DNA of 20,000 nucleotides from Proteromonas lacertae (Eukaryota), in contig NGBS01000311.1 of the NCBI GenBank assembly GCA_002245135.1, positions 117,945 to 137,944 of the forward strand, read 5' to 3'. Below the pieces are notes generated by a model. The model was given only the letters and a program-made list of their open reading frames with translations, was not told the DNA's origin and searched no databases. This document shows positions 10,459 through 19,557 of the stretch, in pieces. How positions within the stretch are numbered: the first letter of the stretch is position 1; the number at the start of each line of letters is the position of its first letter. The position numbers and the translations under genes are program-made.

Positions 10459-12396
10459 TTAAACTATTTACACTACTACCATAAAAACCATCTAATGAAT
10501 GATCAAATAATTCACTATTATTCATATCATCCATTTTGAATTCCCATTGGATATTATTTCCATCTTCAGATAATGATGTTGATGATGTATTTATACTATG
10601 ATTATAACCAGCTTCAAAGGCTCTTAACATTAATTGTTTATCTCTTTCATTGATTCCTAATCCTTCTAATGATTTGAGATATTCTTTAGCTTGTTTAGAG
10701 AGTTGTTTGTTATTATTATTATTATTTCCTTTGATAGATAAAGAGGAAGAAGAAGAAGAGGAGATTGATATATTCTGTTGTTGATATAGTGATTGTTGTT
10801 GTAAAGGTGGAGGTGGTGGAGGTTGTTGTTGTTGTTTTAATCCTCTAGAGAGTGATGGTAATTTTGTATTAGTAGTTGTTGTAGTAGTAGAGAAGACACA
10901 GAAGATGATGATATAATTGGATTATTATTATTATTGAGTATAGGAGGTGGCATATTAGAATAAAGTGATGAAGATGAGGATGAGGATATTAATGGTGAGT
11001 TTGATGGGATTTGAGATGATAATAACATATTATTATTACTATTATTAGTTGATAGTGGTTCAGGGATATTTAATGATGCAGAATTGGATAAATCAAATGA
11101 ATTTGTATTTGAATGGGATGAATTATTATTGAGTTTATTACTATTTGAATTATTATTATTATTATTGGAGGATGAAAGTAGTAGATTATTCCCTGTAGCT
11201 GTTGAGGATGATAATAATAATATATCTGACTGTAAAGAAGATGCTGAAGCCATTGAAGATGATGTTAATGGTTGCTGTAATAGTTGAGATGGTTGTGAAG
11301 ATGAAGATGATGATGATGATTGATATTTTTTCTCTTCAATATTCATCGATGGAATAATCACGTTACTTGTCATGTTATTAATATCATATAATGTAGCTGA
11401 TGGTATTGGAATTGGAGGTGAAGGAGGTATTGATTTAATATGAGGAGCATTTGGACCTAAGGATTTCAATAAAGTTGGTCTCTTTGGTAATGATTGAGTT
11501 AATGGATCTGTTGTATCGATTGGTGGCAGCTCTGCTAAATTCTTCTTTGTTTTTATTGGTCTAGGTTTGATAGGTTCAATACAATTGAATTGTGAATCTT
11601 GTTCAAGTTTATTCTGTAGTTTCTTTCTCATTGCAGAGTTCCAACGGTTTTTTACTGCATTTTCACTCCTTCCTGGCATCATTTTAGCTATTTCACTCCA
11701 TTTATTACCATACTGTCGTTGTAATGAGATTAATTTCAAATCTTCATCACTAGTCCATTCAGATTTCTTCACCGAAGGATCTAGATGGTTAAACCATCTT
11801 TCTCTACATTGTTTGCCTACTCTTCCTGGAACATGAGCAGCTATATCACTCCACTTTGTCATTCCTTTCTTTATACACTCTACAATCATCTCATCTTCTT
11901 CTTTAGTCCAAGGACCTTTTATTAAACCTGATTTCATTATTTTCTGATATCTTTGATAACATTGAGTTTCTGAATGTCGACCTCCAAAGTATTCCTCTGA
12001 TATTCTTCTCCAATTCTTTGTACCTAACGCTTTTACACCTTCCCGTAATGCTTCATCCTCTTCCCTTCTCCATTTCGTCTCAACTGGGATTTCTTCAACT
12101 TCCTCTGCCTCTTCCTCACCTTCTAAATAGCCATCTTCACCTCCTAACCGTCTAACACTCCTTTTCAAATCTGGGGTCTCATACATCGGTAATCCAGTCA
12201 CAGATTGGTTCATGGGATTTTTTCTTGCTGATCTTTTTGGCTGAACACCAATAACTGGTGCAGATTTTGAACTCTGCATTACCGGCTTTTTAAGAACCGG
12301 AATGGATTCAAATGAACCATCAAGAGAGGAAGTAGGATGAACTTGACGTTTTCTAGCTACAAATTCAGTAGAGTTGTCCTCATAATAGTTCATCAT
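9920..12396 (-). CDS. Three-repeat MYB (R1R2R3 / 3R-MYB) transcription factor
   Basis: R1 KWRREEDEALREGV..NWRRIS, R2 KGPWTKEEDEMI..WSDIA..PGRVGKQCRERWFNHLDP, R3 WTSDED..GNKWSEIAK..PGRSENAVKNRWNS, then long S/N/Q/P tracts. It continues past a frame discontinuity at ~10890 and introns 10305-10339 and 10057-10090 to the stop at 9920. Confidence 0.85.
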
Positions 12397-12760
12397 ATGA
12401 TTTTAACCTTTCCTCTAATTTAAAAAAACAAGAAAAGTTTAATTGGTTCAAAATAGAAACAGCTCTAACTCAGATCGTGTCATTCAAATTCAAAAAATAG
12501 ACAGTTTGAAGGGTTAGTTATGTAATACTCGCATTTTATATGGTATTTACTCATATATATAAGACATTTTAGAAAATAAGACAGAAATATTTTCTCAATT
12601 GTTTTTAAAAAATCTATAATATGTGATGTAAAACTCAAAACCGTCTTTAATTGCAATATTATTTGTAAAATTGAAAGGACTAAGTCTATATCAATCAATC
12701 TAAAATTAATCATTTACTCACAAAAGTTTATCTATCTCATTTTAGACTTTATTTTGCAAA

Positions 12761-12832
12761 GGCCAGCTGGTCTAGTGGTATGATTCTCGCTTCGGGTGCG
12801 AGAGGTCAGGGGTTCGATTCCCCTGTTGGCCC
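12761..12832 (+). tRNA. tRNA-Pro(CGG)
   Basis: Acceptor GGCCAGC/GTTGGCC, D-arm TGGTCTAGTGGTATGATT, anticodon arm CTCGC-TTCGGGT-GCGAG, T-arm AGGGG-TTCGATT-CCCCT, followed by an oligo-T Pol III terminator. No intron. Confidence 0.96.
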
Positions 12833-13025
12833 AATTTTTTTACTTTTTTATGTTTCATTATTTTCTTTTTTATCTACACATTCAATTACATTTTACAACT
12901 CATTCTTCTTCCACTTTGTACTATATCCCCCCATCTTTATAATTATACCTATAATTATGTTGTACTGAATCTGATTGAGTTAGAATGACAAAAAATAATT
13001 AACTTCTAAAATAATCGAAAAATAG

Positions 13026-15292
13026 ATGTATCGTCCTAAAATAAAGTCCTATCATAAGTTGTACGTTATAATTAAGTTTATTTATTTATAGAGAAGCTGT
13101 AGATTCACTTCGTTCGTTGAATTTTTCTGTATTAGACACTTATTCTGAAGAACAATATATGTCACCTATTGATATATTAGAAGAACCTCAACAAACAACG
13201 TATAGTATAGTTATATCGTTTTAGATCTCATTTTCGGACACTTACATTGATTTTGAGAAAATTCCTTTATGGTCCGTCCTCTTGGCTTTTAGTTGCTTTT
13301 ATTGGTATTACTAGTGGTATATTTGGTATTACATTCACCTCATTGTTGAATATGATGTGGAGGATAAGAAATACATAGTATTTTAACCATTTTTTATCAA
13401 TACAATAGTTTCACAGATAAACTATATAAATTAATATTATGGGCAGTTAGTTTTGCCTTCTTAGGTTCATATATATCAGCCAAAATCTCTACTGATGTAT
13501 ATTATTCATCTATTTTTAACATATTAATAGATCAATGGTTCAGGAATACCTGAAATGAAAATCATCATCTCAGGAGTGCACAAACCTCAACCATTAACAT
13601 TAGCAGCATTAGTTGGTAAAATATGGGGATTACTATGTTGTCTCACATCAGGCATGTCAGTTGGTCGTACTTGCCCTTTCGTACATATCTCCTGTATATT
13701 TGCTAATCAATATATGACATTTCCATTTTTCAAATCTATACATGAACATCATGGAAGATTAAAAACACAAATATTAATAGCAGCTGCTGCTTCTGGATTG
13801 GCTGCTGCTTTTGGCACACCATATGGGGGTGTGATTTTCGCAATTGAATTGTCCTGTTCATATTTTCAGGTAAATAACTTATGGAGGACTTATTTATGTT
13901 CATTTATGTGTATTTTGATTTATACAACTGTTGATTCTTTCACTAGTTTTCATGCTTTTAATCGAACTTTTTTTCCAAAATATGAAGTTGATAAATCAAT
14001 TTTTGTGTATTTGTTAGCAGGAGTTATATGTGGATTTTTATCAGTTTTTTTTGTGTATAAACTTATATTCATTATATATATATATATAAAATATATATCA
14101 AAATAGATATTGTGTAAATTTCTTATTTATACTTCGGAAGAAAGTCTTAAAAATTGTCAAATGGAAATTTCAAAATTATTTAGAATGTTGTTTTGTAGCT
14201 GCAATAACAGCAGTTTTCGCATATTATTACCCTATATTTAGACGTCCTGATAGTGTATTAATTAATGAATTCTTCAGTAATGAAACACTTTCACATTTTG
14301 ACACAGTAAGTTGGAAAGAACACAATACAATTCCAAAAATTATATTTTATATAATTGTCAAATTCGGTTTAACCGTCGCTGCTATTGGTTTACCCATTCC
14401 CTGTGGTTTATTCGTTCCTTTATTAGCTATAGGTGCAGGTATTGGTAGATTAATTGGTGAATTATTTCAACATTATCAGAATGATGTTCCTGGTGCTTTT
14501 GCTGTTGTTTCTGCTGCTGCTTTTGCTTCAGGTTGTACTCAGACTATTGCTCCTGGTATTATTATTATAGAATTAACTGGTCAAAATAATGAACTATTTC
14601 CTGTATTATTAGCTGTGTTGGTTAGTTATACTATTGCTGAAACTGTAACTAAATCAATATTTGATGTGCTGATATATTTTAAAGAAGATCCTTGTTTACC
14701 TTTAATTCCTGCTGAATATTTAATTAATTATACAGTTGGTAAAGTACAGAGTAGACCTGATCACTTTTTAACACCGAAAAGCACTTATGCTGAAGCTGAA
14801 ATCTTATTAAAATATCTTAAACCAAACATTTCTGGTATTCCAATTGTTACAAATGAACAAGAAATGATTTTGATTGGTTCAATATCTGTTAATTCTTTGA
14901 AGTATATGGTTGAAGCAATTAAAATGCAGGATTATGAATTTACTGTATCTGAAATGCCTTGGATTTTGAATTATTTTAAACCACTGAAAGATATATATTT
15001 AAAACAATCTGAGTTGTTTCAATATGATAAATATGTAAAAGAAAATTTTGTTACAATTAATGATAAGATTGCACTTCCATGTCCTATTGGTTATTCTATT
15101 AGAACACCTCTTGCTGTTGATATTTCTCCATATACTGTTTTTGCTGTTGCACCATTATTGAAAGTGTATTTTATGTTTTCATCTGACTTTTGCTCAAGAT
15201 TGTATGTAACTGAACAAGGTAAATTAATAGGTGAAGTAGATAAAGCAAATTTATTTAAGTTTATAAAGGAAGAATTAAAAGATGTCGCTTAA
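13026..15292 (+). CDS. CLC-family chloride channel with C-terminal CBS domains
   Basis: Introns 13061-13091, 13200-13224, 13378-13408, 13497-13530 and 14055-14106 give one uninterrupted frame. Motifs GSGIPEMK, GMSVGRTCPFVHI, AAAFGTPYGGVIFAIE, PIPCGLFVP..GAGIGRLIG and IELTGQ; CBS-like GIPIV..LIGSI and LYVTEQGKLIG. Confidence 0.92.
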
Positions 15293-15517
15293 TAATTATA
15301 ATTTATTTTTCATTTTGTAATGTACTTTTTTTATATTTAATAAAATAGAAAATTGTTTTTTTTGTATTGTTGTTTAGACTACACATAACTATGCTACATA
15401 TATAACATACACTACTTTTTTAAATTATCAAATATCTATTTTTAAATAACCCGCTAATTTATCTAAAATAGTAAGTTATTAACACCTTCTTAAATCACTA
15501 AAATTATTTTGTAGATT

Positions 15518-16196
15518 ATGTCAACCACTCAGAAGATTACTAACTATCATTCAAGATCAAATTGTTCAAAAGGTACAAATATAAAAAAGAAGAGCCGAGG
15601 AATGATAGTATCAGCACATCAGAGTAAGAAAGAAAGTAAGTGTGTTTCAATTAAAAAATCTGATGAACAGAAGGAGAGTATGATCATATAAATAAAATAT
15701 TATTAGATGTTATGCCATATAATACTACATTCATGAATGATCCAAGTATTAAAAATAAATCTGTATTTGAATGAGTATTATAACATAGTCAGTTGTATAT
15801 TCAGAAGGAGTAGATTTAAGCATGACTTTAGAAGATTTATCAGTTGATTATTCTCCTTCGTTGATATTGAAAGTGATTGATAATCCAGAATTAAGAGAAG
15901 AGGCTAATATAAGTTTAGAAGAGTTTAAAAATATAGTTAAAAATGGTCCTCCATCGTTAGATTATATATATTCAGAAGGCATTTCTGATATATCTGTAGC
16001 TTATTCATTGCTTGATCAATTTGGTAGAAAAGCACGAATATCAATAAGATTACATGAAAGACCACAGAAGATATATGGATATTATTATGGCAAAAGAGTT
16101 GTTAATAAAATCATAAGTGAAGATTATGCTGATGAATGGCTAAAATTAGCTAAAATAACAAAATGTGGATATTGTGATATTATTATTGATACTTAA
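15518..16196 (+). CDS. Hypothetical protein, duplicated orphan gene copy 1
   Basis: ATG 15518; introns 15678-15706 and 15763-15788 join MSTTQKITNYH... in frame to ORF 15822-16196. No family recognised. Confidence 0.75.
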
Positions 16197-16299
16197 AACA
16201 TAAATGGCTATTTTTATTGTTTATACTTATTCTTTTATACTTTCAATTAAAACAAATTCATAAAATTATAAAGATAATACATATTTTGAATAAAAATAA

Positions 16300-16617
16300 A
16301 TTAATTGATGAATTGATGTATGAATTTTGATAGTTTAGCATATTAATATCTGCAACATAATTCAAAGGCTCGAAGAGTATTGTTGATGTATAAATTTCAT
16401 TTATTTTTCTTTCAAAAGGATTTTTTTGTATGTAAAAACACCTTTACGACCATCCTTTTTAAGGAATATAGAACAATTGATGATATTGTATATAGGAAAA
16501 ATCCCTATCCAACTCAACTTCATTATATTTTACATTTCTATTAAATATTACATACTTCCTGCAAAATGTAATACCAAGATTAGTTTGACATGTTGCAATA
16601 CCTAAATCAACTTTCAT
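16300..16617 (-). pseudogene. Possible highly degenerate protein-kinase remnant between the duplicated units
   Basis: Reads MKVDLGIATCQTNLGITFC... then GWS*RCFYIQKNPF, loosely resembling DFGIA..TFCG and WSxGCILYE..PF, with in-frame stops. Confidence 0.3.
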
Positions 16618-16787
16618 AGAACAATGTAAAATATAAAATTTAAGAAAATTAATTCGTTACTAACTAGCCGTTTCAATTATTTATCAAATCTTATCAGATC
16701 GTGAACTTAGTATTTTTAATAATTTCTTTTATCTAAAATAGCAAGTTATTAACACCTTCTTAAATCACTAAAATTATTTTGTAGATT

Positions 16788-17482
16788 ATGTCAACCGCTC
16801 AGAAGATTACTAACTGTCATTCAAGATCAAATTGTTCAAAAGGTACAAATATAAAAAAGAAGAGCCGAGGAATGATAGTATCAGCACATCAGAGTAATAA
16901 AGAAAGTAAGTGTGTTTCAATTAAAAAATCTGATGAACAGAAGGAGAGTATGATCATATAAATAAAATATTATTAGATGTTATGCCATATAATGCTACAT
17001 TCATGAATGATTCAAGTATTAAAAATAAATCTGTATTTTGAATGAGTATTATAACATAGTCAACTGTATTTTCAGGCGAAGATAAGTCAAATGAAATAGA
17101 TTTAGGAATATATCAGAACATGACTTTAGAAGAATTATATAATGAATTATGTTCTTCAGCTATTGTGAAAGTGATTGATAATCCAGAATTAAGAGAAAAG
17201 GCTGATATAAGCTTAGAAGAGTTTAAAAATATAGTTAAAAATGGTCCTCCATCATTAGATTATATATATACAGAAGGAGTTTCGGGTAAAGTGGTAGGAT
17301 ATTCATTGTTTGATCAATTTGGTAGAAAAGCACGAATATCAATAAGATTACATGAAAGACCACAGAAGATATATGGATATTATTATGGCAAAAGAGTTGT
17401 TAATAAAATCATAAGTGAAGATTATGCTGATGAATGGCTAAAATTAGCTAAAATGACAGAAAGAAATTTCCTAATATCTTGA
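16788..17482 (+). CDS. Hypothetical protein, duplicated orphan gene copy 2
   Basis: ATG 16788; introns 16948-16976 and 17033-17059 join in frame to ORF 17120-17482. Paralog of 15518-16196. Confidence 0.75.
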
Positions 17483-17579
17483 TTAATACTTAAAACACAA
17501 ATGTTTTTTTTTATTGTTTATACTTTCTCTTTAATACATTTTTTTTCAATTAAAACAAATTCATGAAATTATAAACTTT

Positions 17580-18213
17580 ATAAATATTTTGAATAAAAAT
17601 AAATTAATTGATGGATTGATGTATGAATTTTTGAGTTCTCTCCAATGAAGTTAATAGTACAATCATCAAACACTTGTATGGATAAATTATTTCTGTTTTT
17701 ATTCATTTCTCCATTACAAATCTTTCATCTCTTAGAAGGACTTATTTGTATATTTCGTTTTATGCTGTTTATGATTGTTACTAACTTTAATATTACTCTC
17801 TGATAACTGATTAATTTGTTTGGGTAATATTTTTATGTTTTTTGGCTTTTCTTTTACGATTATCTTTTTGTTTCTTTTCATTTGTTTTACTTTGATCTAG
17901 TTTATCCTACTGAGATTTAAATTCTGACATTATTAATGGAATTAATTCAGGATAATTATTTACATAAAATTGATATTCTATATGATTTCTTTTTTTATCC
18001 AAATCAGCTAAATCTAAATACATCTGTTTATCAATTGCCTTTAATTTGTTCCAGGATTTTTTAACACTTTTATTGATTGCATTCTGGTCAATTAAATCAA
18101 CATTACATTCTCTATTTAGCTCATACTCTTTATAATATTTTTCATAATGTTCAAATGCAGTTAATGATGGTGTTATGGTATTTTCTAGCTTATGTTTATA
18201 CTTACAACAGTTT
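17580..18213 (-). pseudogene. HMG-box protein pseudogene (probable)
   Basis: The frame reads TPSLTAFEHYEKYYKE...INKSVKKSWNKLKAIDKQMYLDLADLDKKRNHIEY, which fits the HMG-box pattern. No in-frame start, TAG at 17907-17909, then further shifts and a TGA in a K-rich tail. Confidence 0.55.
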
Positions 18214-18299
18214 TAAATGTTTGAAATAAGAATAAAATCTTGAATAATGTTAATCTCAGTATAATGCAAAGTAAAATAGTAATGAAATATGAAATGATC

Positions 18300-18995
18300 A
18301 TTACTATTTGTAATTACATTATATGAACTATTCTGTTCATCAAATAACCTATTATTTCTAACAATAATTTGGACTTTCTATCAAAACCATTTGTTTTATT
18401 GATAATTAATGACCATATTTTCATTAAATCATCTGAAGGCTTTTTTCAATATTTCTGTAGGTAAAGTAATATAAATTAGATTGTAATTCACAAACAGTAT
18501 ACTCATTATTTTGATTATGGACTATTTTACACACTCTACTTCCATCAGATAATAATATAGTGAAATTAATATCATCATAATAGGATTTTACTAATTAGTA
18601 TAAGAATTTAACAAATACATATTTGAATATATTCATCATAACTCAATTTTCCATCTGAAAATTTGTAACGAATTGAATGCTTGATATAAGTAAACTGTTA
18701 ACTTGGACTTCCTTAATTAGAATAACAAACACTCCATTTTTACCCAATCCAACCGATTTTGATTTGTTAATGATTATCTATAAAATAATATAACAATTAG
18801 AATGTTCATTATACTTGTTCTATATTAAAAATCAGACAATGATCTTCATTTGACTGTTTGGAGCTTAAATCGGTATACAATATTTGATACTCAACTGAAT
18901 TATTAAGATTAAAGTTTAAAAACACTGAGTCCATAAGTGTAGAGCTTAGTTTAAGAAAAAAGAATTTTGATGGTAATTTAGTCAATTTGACATTT
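18300..18995 (-). pseudogene. Degenerate spliced gene of unknown family
   Basis: Open stretches are separated by typical GTAT..TAG introns (18778-18814, 18591-18618) but interrupted by stops and shifts. No motif recognised. Confidence 0.3.
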
Positions 18996-19078
18996 AATTA
19001 CATTTTCATATTTTTGTCTTATCTCGGTTGTTTTCAATGATTATTAAAAGCGAAATATGTAAAAATGAAGGGCATATA

Positions 19079-19351
19079 TTAAGTTCCAATGTAATTATCT
19101 TCATTAAATGGTAATTTCTTACAAATCATTTCATATAATATACATCCAACTGACCAAATCACACTTCTCTCATTACATTCATATCCATTCAGCTCTTCTG
19201 GGCTTTTGAAATTCACATCATACAATCTCATATCTTCATCTTTTCTCAATACATTCAAGAATAAATCACATAACTTTATACTACTATCATCTATTATTAC
19301 ATTGGAGCTCTTTAAACTATCAACTACTAAATCATACTTATTCAACATCAC
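19079..19351 (-). pseudogene. Truncated protein-kinase C-lobe fragment (pseudokinase-like)
   Basis: LKSSNVII..IKLCDLF..FKSPEELNG..SVIWSVGCILYEMI..LPF covers subdomains VIb-IX. HRD and DFG are absent, there is no N-lobe upstream, and it stops early. Confidence 0.7.
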
Positions 19352-19557
19352 TTATTATAAAAATATGTGCAATTCAATCAAAGTATCTGGTCCACTTGAC
19401 ACTCCATAAATATTTTCAATGGTAATCCTTTTGGTCTGTTTAAGAATAATCAATACAATCTTTACCAAAGTAAGTATCTAACATTCTGATTTGTTTTTAC
19501 TTACCCTTCCTACTATTTACTATTACGCATTTTTTTCTTTGTATTGTCTAGTCCTAC

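Larger units (their letters stand above)
15458..17630. repeat. Direct duplication of a ~0.87-0.9 kb unit (copy 1 ~15458-16328, copy 2 ~16728-17630)
   Basis: Both copies begin TTTATCTAAAATAG(T/C)AAGTTATTAACACC and end ...TTGATGTATGAATTTT. They are near-identical over upstream DNA, exons, introns and 3' flank, and are separated by ~400 nt of unrelated sequence. Confidence 0.95.

Noticed and set aside
10420..11330. (TTA)n, (GAT)n and (GTT)n tracts as independent repeat elements or CRISPR-like arrays
   Set aside because: They are coding trinucleotide runs (poly-N/S/Q) inside the MYB gene with no repeat-spacer structure.
2438..11836. Antisense ORFs in the track (2438-2725, 2632-2892, 4144-4347, 5848-6054, 6821-7081, 7925-8152, 11084-11287, 11567-11836)
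   Set aside because: They are shadows of real genes on the opposite strand, with low-complexity or hydrophobic translations and no motifs.
12480..12968. ORFs 12480-12713 (-) and 12780-12968 (+)
   Set aside because: The first is AT-rich intergenic sequence with no motif; the second reads through the tRNA-Pro gene and its T-rich terminator.
17907..17909. Stop-codon readthrough at CAG TAG GAT in the HMG-box frame
   Set aside because: The same locus lacks a start and has more shifts and a TGA, so ordinary pseudogene decay is sufficient.
19206..19409. Plus-strand ORF 19206-19409
   Set aside because: It is antisense to the kinase fragment and has no recognisable features.
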